This document shows, one piece after another, positions 1-10,976 of a DNA stretch of 64,000 nt. Every line of letters starts with the position of its first letter. The first letter of the stretch is position 1. The notes below the pieces were generated by a model, which saw only the letters and a program-made list of their open reading frames with translations, did no database searches and was not told where the DNA came from. The translations under genes and the position numbers were made by a program. This stretch comes from Thiotrichaceae bacterium UBA973 (lineage in GTDB: Bacteria > Pseudomonadota > Gammaproteobacteria > Eutrophobiales > Eutrophobiaceae), in contig DBBX01000031.1 in the NCBI GenBank assembly GCA_002292815.1, positions 38,472 to 102,471 on the forward strand. Direction: 5' to 3'.

Positions 1-644
1 GGTAATTCTCCTTTCTTTTGCATTTGATACAGACGTTGTACGCCAGTTGTCGTCTCTTCTGTCACGCCTTGGATACATGCCAAAGTACGAGAATAGAAAG
101 TACTGTCGTCGGCCAGTTTGGCCTTGATAGAAGCAAACAAAAAAGTTTCTTCTTCCGAACCTGGGTTATCAAGAACAGATATGTCGCTTTCTGCCTTTGT
201 GCCGAGGATCAATAGCATGGTCGCATCACCACCATCATCTAAAATCATGTTTGGTGAACCGCCATCGGACCATTTCATAATACGATGGGTGTAGTCCCAA
301 TACTCTTCCAGAGTTTCACCCTTGTAGGCAAATACAGGAATGTTTTGGTCAGCCATTGCCGCCGCCGCATGATCTTGAGTTGAGAAAATATTACATGACA
401 CCCAACGTACTTCCGCGCCCAAGGCACGTAAGGTTTCCATAAGAACAGCGGTTTGAATTGTCATATGCAATGAACCAGCAATACGTGCACCTTTTAAAGG
501 CTGTTCATTTGCATATTCTTCCCGGATGGACATTAACCCGGGCATTTCGGTTTCAGCGATACGAATTTCTTTATGACCCCATTCGGCTAAAGAGATATCA
601 GCAACGTGGTAATCGGGTGTAACAGAGGTAGCATCTACGCTCAT
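1..644 (-). CDS. ahcY: S-adenosyl-L-homocysteine hydrolase, N-terminal part (3' end runs off the window)
   Basis: Absent from the ORF track because it is truncated by the window edge. Reverse-strand translation from the ATG at 644-642 reads [96 protein letters not shown]..., the canonical AdoHcy hydrolase N-terminus. An AGGAG Shine-Dalgarno sits 7 nt upstream. Confidence 0.95.
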   Translation of the reverse strand, partial: MSVDATSVTPDYHVADISLAEWGHKEIRIAETEMPGLMSIREEYANEQPLKGARIAGSLHMTIQTAVLMETLRALGAEVRWVSCNIFSTQDHAAAAMADQNIPVFAYKGETLEEYWDYTHRIMKWSDGGSPNMILDDGGDATMLLILGTKAESDISVLDNPGSEEETFLFASIKAKLADDSTFYSRTLACIQGVTEETTTGVQRLYQMQKKGEL

Positions 645-668
645 ATTGTTTCTCCTATAAAAACAATT

Positions 669-746
669 AAGCGAGCGCCGTTGCAAATGTGCCGTGTTTG
701 TCTGAGCCTAGCGGATTAGGAATCCGTCGCAACGCTCCTCAGACTA
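669..746 (-). promoter_or_regulatory. SAH (S-adenosylhomocysteine) riboswitch in the ahcY leader
   Basis: The reverse-strand RNA reads CUGAGGAGCGUUGCGAC GGAUUCCUAAUCC GCUAGGCUCAGACAAACACGGCACAUUUGCAACGGCGCUCGC. It has the conserved SAH-riboswitch blocks (GAGGAGCG.UGCGAC, AGGCUCAG pairing with CUGAG, CAACGGCGCUC) and a short variable hairpin. The position directly 5' of ahcY is the classic context. Confidence 0.8.
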
Positions 747-760
747 CGGTTGTAAAAATC

Positions 761-788
761 GAAGCGGGAGTATAATCCTACCCGCTTC
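761..788 (-). terminator. Rho-independent terminator of metK
   Basis: An 8-bp GC-rich stem (gaagcggg / cccgcttc) with a 12-nt loop lies 50 nt after the metK stop. It is followed on the minus strand by GATTTTTAC. Confidence 0.6.
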
Positions 789-797
789 TAGATTCAA
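769..797 (-). promoter_or_regulatory. Candidate sigma70 promoter for ahcY, nested in the metK terminator
   Basis: The minus strand reads TTGAAT (797-792), a 17-nt spacer, then TATACT (774-769). This lies about 25 nt upstream of the riboswitch 5' end. The call rests on a motif match only. Confidence 0.35.
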
Positions 798-837
798 AGA
801 CCTAATCGTCAAAAAATGATAATGATTTAATTTTTGT

Positions 838-2001
838 CTACGACAGTGCGGCCTTTAAGGCATCGACTCTATCTGTCTTTTCCCATGGCAAATCAATATC
901 ACTACGGCCAAAATGCCCATAGGCAGCTGTTTGGCGATATATTGGTCGTAAAAGATCCATCATATTGATGATGCCTTTTGGCCGGAGGTCAAAAACCTCT
1001 CTTATAGCATCAATTAATTTAGCTTCTTCAACCTTACCTGTACCAAACGTCTCTATACTAATTGAAGTTGGCTCTGCAACACCGATTGCATAGGATAATT
1101 GCAATTCACAGCGATCCGCGAGACCTGCAGCGACAATATTCTTCGCGACATAGCGTGCTGCATAGGCAGCAGAGCGATCGACCTTTGAAGGGTCCTTACC
1201 AGAAAAGGCGCCGCCACCGTGACGAGCCATCCCACCATAAGTATCAACAATAATCTTGCGTCCAGTTAAACCACAATCACCAACCGGTCCGCCAATAACA
1301 AAACGACCGGTAGGATTAACAAGATATCGGGTTTTATCCGTGATCATATTCTCTGGCAGTACCGGCTTGATAATCTCTTCGATAACGGCCTGTTCGAGAT
1401 CTTTATGCTCAACATCTGGATCATGCTGTGTAGATAACACGACTGTATCAATAGACTTAGGCTTACCATCTTCATAGACAACGGTTACCTGTGATTTAGC
1501 GTCCGGTCTTAACCAGGCTAATTTGCCTGATTTTCGGACCTCGGCCTGTTTCTTGACCAACAAGTGAGAATAAGTAATCGGGAAAGGCATCAAGACATCC
1601 GTCTCATTACAAGCGTAACCGAACATCAAACCCTGATCGCCTGCACCCTGATTTAAATCCAGGCCCTCGCCTTCATTCACGCCTTGGGCAATATCCGGTG
1701 ACTGTTTATCAATGGAGACCAATACCGCACAAGACTCCCAATCAAAACCCATGTCTGAATGATCATAGCCAATTTCACGAATTGTTTGGCGCGCTACGGC
1801 TTGCATATCAACATAGGTCGATGTCGTAATCTCTCCAGAAAGCACAACCATCCCGGTGTTGACCATCGTCTCACAAGCAATGCGAGCTTTATTATCATCA
1901 GCGAAAATTGCGTCGACAACAGCATCAGAAATCTGATCTGCGACTTTGTCTGGATGTCCTTCAGAAACTGATTCTGAAGTGAATAAGTAGTTGTCAGCCA
2001 T
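838..2001 (-). CDS. metK: S-adenosylmethionine synthetase
   Basis: 387 aa with MetK hallmarks: [51 protein letters not shown]. Confidence 0.97.
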   Translation of the reverse strand: MADNYLFTSESVSEGHPDKVADQISDAVVDAIFADDNKARIACETMVNTGMVVLSGEITTSTYVDMQAVARQTIREIGYDHSDMGFDWESCAVLVSIDKQSPDIAQGVNEGEGLDLNQGAGDQGLMFGYACNETDVLMPFPITYSHLLVKKQAEVRKSGKLAWLRPDAKSQVTVVYEDGKPKSIDTVVLSTQHDPDVEHKDLEQAVIEEIIKPVLPENMITDKTRYLVNPTGRFVIGGPVGDCGLTGRKIIVDTYGGMARHGGGAFSGKDPSKVDRSAAYAARYVAKNIVAAGLADRCELQLSYAIGVAEPTSISIETFGTGKVEEAKLIDAIREVFDLRPKGIINMMDLLRPIYRQTAAYGHFGRSDIDLPWEKTDRVDALKAALS

Positions 2002-2143
2002 AGTTTGTTCCGTAATCTGTATTAATTAGAATTTTCAACCGCGCGAATTCTATCCTCATTCGAGCCGTATCGCACTAAATATGACGATATTTTATAAACG
2101 CGGTAATATTTAATGCTTAGATATTGATATAGGCGGCCTGATT

Positions 2144-2704
2144 ATGGTGTTGATGGAAACTCCAGTTTGTAACTTCGGGGAAAAAGCGATCGAATTTAAT
2201 CTACCCGGGACGGATGGAAAGCTTTGGTCTCTGGACCACTGTGCTGGTGAGAAAGGCACACTGATTATGTTTATTTGTAATCATTGTCCTTATGTAAAGG
2301 CTATACAAACAAGGCTTATCGATGATGTATCAAAACTTATCGATATCGGGGTTAATAGTGTTGCCATCATGTCAAACGACCCCGATGATTACCCGGAAGA
2401 TTCTTTCGAGAACATGCAGAAAGTAGCAGCTGAATATAACTATCCGTTCCCATATTTATTCGATGAGTCTCAGAAATTAGCCCAGGCTTATGGCGCTATT
2501 TGTACACCAGACTTCTTTGGCTACAATGCATCACTCGAACTGCAATACCGAGGCCGACTTGATGACAGCGGCATGAAATCACCCTCGAAAACTAGCAAAC
2601 ATGACCTCCTTGAAGCCATGATTGAGGTTGCCAACACCGGAAAAGGACCAAAACATCAAATTCCAAGCATAGGTTGCTCGATTAAATGGAAAAATAGTGC
2701 TTAG
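2144..2704 (+). CDS. Thioredoxin-fold redoxin (AhpC/TSA-like thiol-disulfide oxidoreductase family)
   Basis: 186 aa with a CNHCPY (CxxC) motif in a redoxin-like context: FNLPGTDGK...LIMFICNHCPYVKA...PFPYLFDESQ..A.AYGA.CTPDFF. Confidence 0.75.
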   Translation: MVLMETPVCNFGEKAIEFNLPGTDGKLWSLDHCAGEKGTLIMFICNHCPYVKAIQTRLIDDVSKLIDIGVNSVAIMSNDPDDYPEDSFENMQKVAAEYNYPFPYLFDESQKLAQAYGAICTPDFFGYNASLELQYRGRLDDSGMKSPSKTSKHDLLEAMIEVANTGKGPKHQIPSIGCSIKWKNSA

Positions 2705-2904
2705 GATCTTGCCCCTCAGTGGCAGTTAAGCGACAATGTGCGGCTTGATTTTAGGTAAAAACCTGCCTGTATCACCGCGCTATATTTAGCGGAAACTAAG
2801 CTCTGCACATGATCGTCGTCGTCGACAACTGATGACGCAACATCAGGCTTTAGCATGCAGCAATCATTAATTTTAGGCTTAATAACCACTTTGGGGGATG
2901 TACT

Positions 2905-4902
2905 ATGCTGACGAGGCATGAACTTGCCAATGCGATTCGTGCTTTGAGTATGGATGCTGTTCAACGAGCTAACTCTGGGCACCCAGGTGCGCCTATGGGC
3001 ATGGCAGATATTGCCGAAGTTTTATGGAATGATTTTCTGAAACATAACCCGGCTAATCCAGATTGGGACAACCGTGATCGCTTTGTTATGTCGAATGGTC
3101 ACGGCTCAATGTTAGTTTACTCTTTATTGCATCTGTCTGGTTATGACTTGCCAATTGAAGAACTTAAAAATTTCCGCCAATTACATTCAAAAACACCCGG
3201 GCACCCTGAATATGGTTACGCGCCAGGCGTAGAAACAACTACCGGCCCCCTCGGACAAGGGATTACCAATGCTGTCGGCATGGCAATCGCAGAATCAGTA
3301 TTGGCCGCAAAATTTAATAAAGATGATTTTAATATTGTCGATCACCACACCTACGTCACTGTCGGCGATGGTTGTTTAATGGAAGGCATATCACATGAAG
3401 CATGTTCGCTTGCAGGCACATTAGGTCTTGGTAAATTAATCACCCTCTATGACAGCAATCAAATCTCTATTGATGGTGATATAGAGGGCTGGTTTGCCGA
3501 AGATGTTGCCGCTCGTTTTGAAGCCTACGACTGGCATGTTATTCGAGATATTGATGGCCATAATCCTATCGCCATCAAGAAAGCCATAGAAGAGGCTATC
3601 GCCAACGATTCACGGCCGAGCATGCTGGTTTGCAAAACGACTATTGGCTGTGGTTCTCCCAACAAAGAAGGTAAAGCAGCCAGCCATGGTGCGCCGTTAG
3701 GAGATGAAGAAATCAAACTCACCCGAGAAAACCTCGGCTGGAAACATGACGCCTTCATTATTCCTGATGAGCATTATGATGCCTGGAATGCAAAACAACG
3801 TGGCGGTGAGCTGGAATCAGCATGGAATGAAGAATTATCAGCCTATACCTCAGCATATCCTGAACTGGCTTCTGAATACCAACGCCGCATGAGTGGCGAT
3901 CTGCCTGATAACTGGGATGACGTTGTTAATGACTATGTGAATGCAACGAATGAAAAAGGCGAATCAATTCCATCTCGTAAGGCGTCACAAAATTCTATTG
4001 AAACATTGGCGCAGCACTTGCCGGAATTGATTGGTGGTTCAGCTGATCTAGCTTGTTCGAATTTGACCAGTTGGTCAGGCACAGTTGCTATCAGTAATGA
4101 AAACAAAAATGGCAACACCATAAATTATGGTGTGCGTGAATTTGCGATGTCTGCGATCAATACCGGCATTTCATTACACGGTGGATTTATCCCTTACTCA
4201 GCTACATTCTTAATGTTCTCCGAGTATGCAAGGAATGCCTTACGCATGTCGGCATTAATGAAAAAACAGAATATCTTTATTTATACACATGATTCAATCG
4301 GTCTCGGTGAAGATGGCCCAACCCATCAAGCAGTTGAACAAGCGGCAACACTGCGTTTGATGCCTAACATGTCGCTATGGCGTCCTTGTGATGCGGTAGA
4401 ATCTGCAATCGCTTGGCAAGCTGCGATCGAACGACGTGATGGGCCAACAAGCTTGTTATTCTCTCGCCAAAAACTTGCACACATGCAACGTGATAAATCA
4501 CAACTAGGCAATATTAAACGTGGCGGCTATGTTTTATTAGATACGGATGATGATCCTGAGGCCATTATTATTGCGACTGGTTCTGAAGTCGAAATGGCAA
4601 TGAACACTGCGATTAAATTAAATGCGAAAGGTAAAAAAATTCGCGTTGTTTCTATGCCATCTACTGATCTATACGATCAACAAGACGATGCTTACAAAGA
4701 AACTGTATTACCCAACACTTGTCGTAAACGCATCTCAGTTGAAGCCGGAGTTACAGAGTATTGGAGTAAATATACCGGCCTAGATGGGCTCTCACTTGGT
4801 GTGGATACTTTTGGCGAATCAGCGCCGGCAAATGAAGTATACAAATATTTCGGACTAACCGAAGAGAACCTGATTAACACGGTAAATGAATTAATTAAAT
4901 AG
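2905..4902 (+). CDS. tkt: Transketolase
   Basis: 665 aa with transketolase motifs: [32 protein letters not shown]. Confidence 0.97.
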   Translation: MLTRHELANAIRALSMDAVQRANSGHPGAPMGMADIAEVLWNDFLKHNPANPDWDNRDRFVMSNGHGSMLVYSLLHLSGYDLPIEELKNFRQLHSKTPGHPEYGYAPGVETTTGPLGQGITNAVGMAIAESVLAAKFNKDDFNIVDHHTYVTVGDGCLMEGISHEACSLAGTLGLGKLITLYDSNQISIDGDIEGWFAEDVAARFEAYDWHVIRDIDGHNPIAIKKAIEEAIANDSRPSMLVCKTTIGCGSPNKEGKAASHGAPLGDEEIKLTRENLGWKHDAFIIPDEHYDAWNAKQRGGELESAWNEELSAYTSAYPELASEYQRRMSGDLPDNWDDVVNDYVNATNEKGESIPSRKASQNSIETLAQHLPELIGGSADLACSNLTSWSGTVAISNENKNGNTINYGVREFAMSAINTGISLHGGFIPYSATFLMFSEYARNALRMSALMKKQNIFIYTHDSIGLGEDGPTHQAVEQAATLRLMPNMSLWRPCDAVESAIAWQAAIERRDGPTSLLFSRQKLAHMQRDKSQLGNIKRGGYVLLDTDDDPEAIIIATGSEVEMAMNTAIKLNAKGKKIRVVSMPSTDLYDQQDDAYKETVLPNTCRKRISVEAGVTEYWSKYTGLDGLSLGVDTFGESAPANEVYKYFGLTEENLINTVNELIK

Positions 4903-4946
4903 CAACATATTAAAAATAAACTATATAAAAAGATTGGAGTATAAGA

Positions 4947-5960
4947 ATGGCAATTAAGGTAGGTATCAATGGCTATGGACGTATCGGACGTAACATCTTG
5001 CGCGCATTATATGAGTCCGAACGAACGGATGAGATCCAAATCGTAGCAATTAATGATTTGGGTGATGCGAGTACCAACGCTCACCTTACTCAATACGATA
5101 CCGCTCATGGAAAATTTCCAGGCACCATTATTGTCGAAGGTGAAGACATGATAATTAATGGTGATAAGGTTCGTGTTTTGTCTGAACGTGATCCTGCCAA
5201 ATTACCTTGGGGTGAATTAGGTGTTGATGTTGTACTTGAATCAACGGGCTTCTTTGCCAGTAAAGCAAAGGCAAGCGCCCATCTCGAAGGCGGGGCAAAG
5301 AAAGTCATCATCTCGGCTCCGGGAGGCAATGATGTTGATGCCACCATTGTTTATGGTGTTAATCATGACGTACTTAAATCCAGCGACACCGTTATCTCTA
5401 ATGCATCATGTACAACAAATTGCCTCGCACCTGTAGCAAAAGTAGTACATGAAAATATCGGCATGGTTGCTGGCATCATGACAACCATTCATGCCTATAC
5501 AAACGACCAAGTGCTGACAGATGTTTATCACTCAGACTTACGTCGTGCTCGTTCTGCGACCATGTCCATGATACCAACCAAGACCGGGGCTGCCGCTGCA
5601 GTTGGTTTAGTACTGCCCGAGCTCAATGGAAAGCTTGATGGTTATTCAATGCGCGTTCCAACAATCAATGTCTCTGTAATTGATTTAAGTTTCTCTGCTG
5701 CACGAGAAACAAGCATAGATGAAATTAATCAACTGATGAAACAAGCTGCAGAAGGCCCATTGAAAGGCGTGCTTGCCTATAATGAGGCTCCTCTCGTTTC
5801 TGTTGACTTCAATCATGACCCAGCATCGGCAACTTTTGATGCAACTTTAACTAAAGTTATTGAAGGAACTCTTGTGAAAGTAACGGCTTGGTACGACAAT
5901 GAATGGGGCTTTTCAAACAGAATGTTAGATACCACAATTGCCTTAATGAGTGCGAAATAA
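4947..5960 (+). CDS. gap: Glyceraldehyde-3-phosphate dehydrogenase
   Basis: 337 aa with [10 protein letters not shown], the active-site [12 protein letters not shown] and a C-terminal [11 protein letters not shown]. Confidence 0.95.
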   Translation: MAIKVGINGYGRIGRNILRALYESERTDEIQIVAINDLGDASTNAHLTQYDTAHGKFPGTIIVEGEDMIINGDKVRVLSERDPAKLPWGELGVDVVLESTGFFASKAKASAHLEGGAKKVIISAPGGNDVDATIVYGVNHDVLKSSDTVISNASCTTNCLAPVAKVVHENIGMVAGIMTTIHAYTNDQVLTDVYHSDLRRARSATMSMIPTKTGAAAAVGLVLPELNGKLDGYSMRVPTINVSVIDLSFSAARETSIDEINQLMKQAAEGPLKGVLAYNEAPLVSVDFNHDPASATFDATLTKVIEGTLVKVTAWYDNEWGFSNRMLDTTIALMSAK

Positions 5961-5972
5961 ACGGGTTATTAA

Positions 5973-7184
5973 GTGACCATACTAGTAAAAATTGCTGATC
6001 TGGATCTATCGGGTAAAACGGTACTTATCCGCGAGGATTATAATGTCCCAATAAAAGAGGGCGTGATTACCAGTGACGTGCGTATTCGGGCAACATTACC
6101 TACTTTGACTCAGGTATTAGAAGCGGGGGCGAAGATAATATTAGTATCCCATCTAGGTCGTCCCGTTGCCGGCGAGTACGACGAAGCGTTATCACTTGCG
6201 CCGGTTGCAAAATCCTTGAGTGATTTTCTTGAGATTGATGTCCCTCTTATTAAAGACTGGGTCAATGGCATCGATATGGAAAATCACCAAGTGGTTCTCT
6301 GTGAAAATGTTCGCTTTGAGCAAGGTGAGACAAAAAATGATGATGAGCTTGCTCGCAGAATGGGGCGACTTTGTCAGGTCTATATCAACGACGCCTTTGC
6401 AACTGCACATCGCGCACAAGCATCAACACATGGCGTTGCAAAATATGCAGCGATCTCCGCCGCAGGACCATTACTCATTAATGAATTAAAGGCGCTAACC
6501 AAAGCACTCAGAGAACCTGCCACTCCACTTATTGCTATCGTCGGTGGCGCAAAAGTTTCAAGCAAACTCACCATACTTGAAACACTGTCTGAAAAAGTCG
6601 ACCAACTGATCGTTGGTGGAGGAATTGTAAATACTTTTTTAAAGGCAGCTGGTTATGAAGTTGGCAAATCTCTTTACGAAGCTGATCTGGTTGAAGTTGC
6701 AAGCAAGTTAATGAAGCAAGCTGAAGAAAACGGCTGTCAAATTCCGTTACCGATCGATGTTATCTGTGGCAAGGAATTTGATGAGAAAACTGTTGCAGTA
6801 ACAAAACTTATTAGTGATGTAGAAGCCGATGACATGATTATGGATGTAGGTCCGGAAACATCAAAACAACTTAATCATTTGATAGCAAAAGCAAAGACTA
6901 TTGTCTGGAATGGTCCTCTTGGTGTATTTGAGTTTAATCAATTTAGCCAAGGCACAAAGAATTTAGCAGAGGCAATCGCCGAGAGTAACGCCTATTCGAT
7001 TGCAGGTGGTGGCGACACCATTGCGGCAATTTCCACATTTAACATTGAGGATAAAATTTCTTATATCTCAACAGGTGGTGGTGCATTTCTTGAGTTTCTT
7101 GAAGGCAAAAAACTTCCTGCTATTGAAATATTGGAAGAAGCGGCTCGCGCCTGGGAGGCGATGGAACGGGCGAGAGAATTGTAA
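5973..7184 (+). CDS. pgk: Phosphoglycerate kinase
   Basis: 403 aa with GTG start. Motifs: REDYNVP, SHLGRP, FATAHRAQAST, GGGDT, STGGGAFLEFLEGK. Confidence 0.95.
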   Translation: MTILVKIADLDLSGKTVLIREDYNVPIKEGVITSDVRIRATLPTLTQVLEAGAKIILVSHLGRPVAGEYDEALSLAPVAKSLSDFLEIDVPLIKDWVNGIDMENHQVVLCENVRFEQGETKNDDELARRMGRLCQVYINDAFATAHRAQASTHGVAKYAAISAAGPLLINELKALTKALREPATPLIAIVGGAKVSSKLTILETLSEKVDQLIVGGGIVNTFLKAAGYEVGKSLYEADLVEVASKLMKQAEENGCQIPLPIDVICGKEFDEKTVAVTKLISDVEADDMIMDVGPETSKQLNHLIAKAKTIVWNGPLGVFEFNQFSQGTKNLAEAIAESNAYSIAGGGDTIAAISTFNIEDKISYISTGGGAFLEFLEGKKLPAIEILEEAARAWEAMERAREL

Positions 7185-7267
7185 ACTTCATAGCTTGGTA
7201 ACTGACAAAACACATCGACATCCCCTGATTACTAAAACATATAAACACTACGGATAACCATATTTTA

Positions 7268-8710
7268 ATGAGAAGAACTAAAATTATTGCAACCCTTGGG
7301 CCCGCGACAGATCAACCAGGCATGTTAGAAAAACTGCTTGTCGCAGGGGTTGATGTTTTTAGACTTAATTACTCACATCAAACACACGTTGAACATGAAA
7401 AACGAATGAAAGAGATTCGTCGTCTTTCACAACAACATAAACATGCTGTTGCTGTTATAGCAGACTTACAAGGCCCTAAGATTCGTATTGAGCGATTCAA
7501 GGATGGGAAAGTCCAATTGCGTGAAGGCGCAAATTTCAAGATCAATACTGAACTTGCCAGTGATGCCGGTGACGAAACACAGGTTGGTGTTAGTTATAAA
7601 GAACTCCCCACTGATGTCAAAACCGGCGATAAATTAATGGTCGATGATGGCAGGATTGTATTACAGGTTGATTCTGTCGATAAACATATTATTGATTGCG
7701 AAGTTATTACTGGCGGCGTACTCAGTAATAACAAAGGTATTAATCTGCAAGGCGGCGGCTTATCTGCAAGTGCCGTTACAGAAAAAGATATCGAAGACAT
7801 GAAGCATGCGACCAAAGTAAAGGTCGACTATATCGCCATCTCATTTCCAAGAGATGCCGGCGATATCAGAATGGCACGCAAAATGATGGAAGAATGCGGT
7901 TGTAAAGCACAACTAATTTCAAAGATCGAACGCGCTGAAGCACTTAACCACATTGAAGAAATGATTGAAGCGTCTGATGCAATCATGATTGCGCGTGGCG
8001 ATCTTGGGGTAGAGATTGGCGATGCTGCTCTACCACCGGTGCAAAAAAGTCTAATTAAAATGGCTAGGGACATGGATCGCGCGGTCATCACGGCTACACA
8101 GATGATGGAGTCCATGATCGAAAATAAAATACCAACACGCGCTGAAGTATTTGATGTCGCTAACGCCGTCATTGATGGAACTGATGCGGTAATGCTCTCG
8201 GGTGAAACAAGTATTGGCCGCTACCCGGATAAAGTTGTCGAGGCTATGTCGAATATTTGCGAAGAAGCAGAAAAGCAACGTAGCGTTCGCGTATCTGATC
8301 ACCGCATTAATCAACGTTTTGAAACGATTTCCGAAGCCATCGCCATGTCCAGCATGTACTCAGCTAATCACATCGGTGCCAAGGCAATCTGCACTCTAAC
8401 TGAAACTGGTGGTACCTGCTTATGGATGTCGCGCATTAGTTCTGGCATTCCGATCTTTGCCTTTGCCCGACACACATCAACACGCAGACGTGTTGCCTTA
8501 TATCGTGGCGTCTATCCGATGAAGTTTGATATAACCCATACCGATCCTCTGGAAGCCAACAAACAGATGATAGATCAGCTTATAGCCGAAGGAGCCGTAA
8601 AAGATGGTGACTTTGTTATAATTACAAAAGGTGACCTGCGTGGCAGACGTGGCGGCACCAACAACATGAAGATTATTCAAGTGGGACAAGCACTGGAACA
8701 CACACTTTAA
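7268..8710 (+). CDS. pyk: Pyruvate kinase
   Basis: 480 aa with RRTKIIATLGP, FRLNYSHQ, MIARGDLGVEI, DAVMLSGETS. Confidence 0.95.
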   Translation: MRRTKIIATLGPATDQPGMLEKLLVAGVDVFRLNYSHQTHVEHEKRMKEIRRLSQQHKHAVAVIADLQGPKIRIERFKDGKVQLREGANFKINTELASDAGDETQVGVSYKELPTDVKTGDKLMVDDGRIVLQVDSVDKHIIDCEVITGGVLSNNKGINLQGGGLSASAVTEKDIEDMKHATKVKVDYIAISFPRDAGDIRMARKMMEECGCKAQLISKIERAEALNHIEEMIEASDAIMIARGDLGVEIGDAALPPVQKSLIKMARDMDRAVITATQMMESMIENKIPTRAEVFDVANAVIDGTDAVMLSGETSIGRYPDKVVEAMSNICEEAEKQRSVRVSDHRINQRFETISEAIAMSSMYSANHIGAKAICTLTETGGTCLWMSRISSGIPIFAFARHTSTRRRVALYRGVYPMKFDITHTDPLEANKQMIDQLIAEGAVKDGDFVIITKGDLRGRRGGTNNMKIIQVGQALEHTL

Positions 8711-8767
8711 TTTTTAATTTATAAGTACACATAAAATATATCCATTAGCGTTAACGAGGACAATAAA

Positions 8768-9790
8768 ATGAGCGCAGCAGAACTTGAAGCAACAGCAAAA
8801 GCAATGGTTGCAAAAGGCAAAGGCATACTTGCTATTGATGAAAGCACACCGACTATTAAAAAACGATTCGACACGATAAAACTTGAATCAACAGAAGAAA
8901 ATCGTCGCGCATACCGTGATTTATTAATTACTAATCCTGGCGGCAAAGAATTTATTAGCGGCATGATTCTCTATGATGAGACCATTCGTCAGGCTACTAG
9001 TGATGGCACACCGTTCGCTAAGGCATTAATTGAACAAGGCATCATGCCCGGCATCAAAGTGGACACTGGCGCGAAGGACTTTGCCTTACATTCAGGCGAA
9101 AAAATAACCGAAGGGCTTGATGGCTTGCGTGACAGATTAACTGAATATAAAACACTCGGTGCAAAATTTGCCAAATGGCGTGCGGTCATAACCATTGGCG
9201 AAAATATTCCCAGTCAAGCCTGTATCGAAGCAAACGTTCATGCGCTTGCCCGTTACGCTGGACTTTGTCAGGAAGCCGGGATTGTGCCTATGGTAGAACC
9301 TGAAGTCCTGATGGATGCCGACAACACGATTGATTGTTGTTATGAAGTTACTGAGACGACTCTATCGGCATTGTTTAGCGCACTTAAAAGCCAGGATGTG
9401 AGCATTGAGCACACCATACTGAAAACTAATATGGTTATTTCAGGAAAGCAGTGTTCAACGCAAGCGAGTGTTCAGGAAGTTGCGGAGCAAACCGTACGTT
9501 GCTTAGTAAAGAATGTACCCGCTGAATTACCGGGCATTGTCTTTCTGTCTGGAGGACAGAGTGCCGAACTGGCAACAGCTCATCTGAACGCTATGAATGC
9601 AAGCAACCCTGACTTACCATGGCCACTTAGTTTTTCATATGGACGCGCACTACAGGGTCCTTGCATAAATGCTTGGGGCGGCAAAAAATCGAATCTCGCA
9701 GCAGCTCAAAAGGCATTATTGCATCGTTCAAAATGCAATAGTCTCGCTTGCACGGGTGCATATAATACTGACATGGAAACTACCGCATAG
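8768..9790 (+). CDS. fba: Fructose-bisphosphate aldolase, class I
   Basis: 340 aa. The N-terminus A.AMVAKGKGILAIDES..T..KRF, plus LSGGQS and FSYGRALQ, are class I (Schiff-base) aldolase signatures. Confidence 0.9.
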   Translation: MSAAELEATAKAMVAKGKGILAIDESTPTIKKRFDTIKLESTEENRRAYRDLLITNPGGKEFISGMILYDETIRQATSDGTPFAKALIEQGIMPGIKVDTGAKDFALHSGEKITEGLDGLRDRLTEYKTLGAKFAKWRAVITIGENIPSQACIEANVHALARYAGLCQEAGIVPMVEPEVLMDADNTIDCCYEVTETTLSALFSALKSQDVSIEHTILKTNMVISGKQCSTQASVQEVAEQTVRCLVKNVPAELPGIVFLSGGQSAELATAHLNAMNASNPDLPWPLSFSYGRALQGPCINAWGGKKSNLAAAQKALLHRSKCNSLACTGAYNTDMETTA

Positions 9791-9820
9791 CATTACAACA
9801 ATACCAAGTAGAGTTTATTT

Positions 9821-10084
9821 ATGTCTGTTGACGACTTAACTAAAGAGGCAAAAGTTGCCTATCAAGCTTTTCAAGATATGGCCGTGAGCAAGGAAGCTTA
9901 CTTTCATTTTCTGCAAGACATTGATATAAAATATAAACAAGGTGGCGCGGCAAGCATTGCGGAAAACCTGCAACTGGAAAAATTACTTGGCGTACATGAT
10001 AAGAACGTCATCGCATTCAATACAGCGATGACCGCTGTCGAGGATGTTGAAGCAAGAAATGCGCTGATTAAAATGATGTCTTAG
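9821..10084 (+). CDS. Hypothetical small protein (87 aa)
   Basis: An ORF tightly following fba and followed by a strong terminator. I recognise no motif. Confidence 0.5.
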   Translation: MSVDDLTKEAKVAYQAFQDMAVSKEAYFHFLQDIDIKYKQGGAASIAENLQLEKLLGVHDKNVIAFNTAMTAVEDVEARNALIKMMS

Positions 10085-10094
10085 GAAAGACAAA

Positions 10095-10127
10095 GGCCAT
10101 CACCTGAATAACACTCAGGTGATGGCC
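10095..10127. terminator. Bidirectional stem-loop terminator between convergent genes
   Basis: A 13-bp perfect stem (ggccatcacctga / tcaggtgatggcc) with a 7-nt loop, followed by TCTTTG. Confidence 0.6.
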
Positions 10128-10144
10128 TCTTTGATTAATTCGAC

Positions 10145-10513
10145 TTAGCGTCGAAAGCCATATTCAAGAACGTAATACTCAGGGTTTAAATCAGCTAAGG
10201 GGCCCCGCAGTTTTGCCAGCTCTTCCTCAGCACCATGAACTTCAAGTCGGACAAGCTCACTAATTTTAAATGCTTCTCCTAATAAAGGGCCGGCATTTCC
10301 AAGATGCGCTAATACAGCTTCTCCATTGGCATACCCTTCTCGACAATAAACAACGTCGTCTTTGATACTGAAACCATAATAGAGACAGTTCGGCTCATTC
10401 TTCTCAGTTATTTCCATGAACTGTTCACATAAGCCTTTAAACTCATCTAGTTTTCCCTCTGCTACCTTAAAATAAGGTACCAACGTACAACATGTATCTT
10501 GTGTCGCCATCAT
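10145..10513 (-). CDS. ABM-like (dimeric alpha/beta barrel) protein, possible monooxygenase
   Basis: 122 aa. The size and the pattern LVPYFKV..GKLDEF....F........EP.CL.Y.F resemble antibiotic-biosynthesis-monooxygenase-fold proteins. The assignment is tentative. Confidence 0.5.
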   Translation of the reverse strand: MMATQDTCCTLVPYFKVAEGKLDEFKGLCEQFMEITEKNEPNCLYYGFSIKDDVVYCREGYANGEAVLAHLGNAGPLLGEAFKISELVRLEVHGAEEELAKLRGPLADLNPEYYVLEYGFRR

Positions 10514-10541
10514 TCACTCCTATATATTTATCGATGTTAAA

Positions 10542-10940
10542 TTAATTTACCTTGACCCTGTCTTTACCAAAAAATTCCGGCGCTTGCACAGAAATAATTT
10601 TAAGGGGAATTGACGAAAGCACTTTTACCGCATGCGCCGTTCCCTTTGGCACTCTTATATAGTCACCGGCAACAATTTCCATATTTTGATCGCCCAGTTG
10701 AAAAAGCCCCTTCCCTTCTAGTACATAAATCGTTTCTGAATGCTCAACATGCTTATGTAGCGGAACCTTGTTTTTTACAAAAATCACAAAGTCCGTTGAA
10801 TATGAATCGCTAGCAAGCTTAACAACGTGAATATTTTCAAGCACCTCTGGCGGCATAATGTCTGACAGCATCAGTCTTTCAGCATAACTTTGCCCGGACA
10901 AGAGCATGCTGACTAAAAATAACAAGTAGTTTAATTTCAT
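10542..10940 (-). CDS. Secreted cupin-domain protein
   Basis: 132 aa. It has an N-terminal signal peptide (MKLNYLLFLVSMLLSGQSYA) and a cupin core H.H..SETIYVLEG.G........GDYIRVP.G..H. Confidence 0.7.
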   Translation of the reverse strand: MKLNYLLFLVSMLLSGQSYAERLMLSDIMPPEVLENIHVVKLASDSYSTDFVIFVKNKVPLHKHVEHSETIYVLEGKGLFQLGDQNMEIVAGDYIRVPKGTAHAVKVLSSIPLKIISVQAPEFFGKDRVKVN

Positions 10941-10976
10941 ACTGATTTTTCCTCTAAAACGTTAAAAGTGTCTCTT

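Noticed and set aside
2716-2982. 88-aa minus-strand ORF between the redoxin gene and tkt.
   Set aside because: It overlaps the well-supported tkt start by about 80 nt. The product is low-complexity (poly-Asp run, Ser-rich), and there is no RBS.
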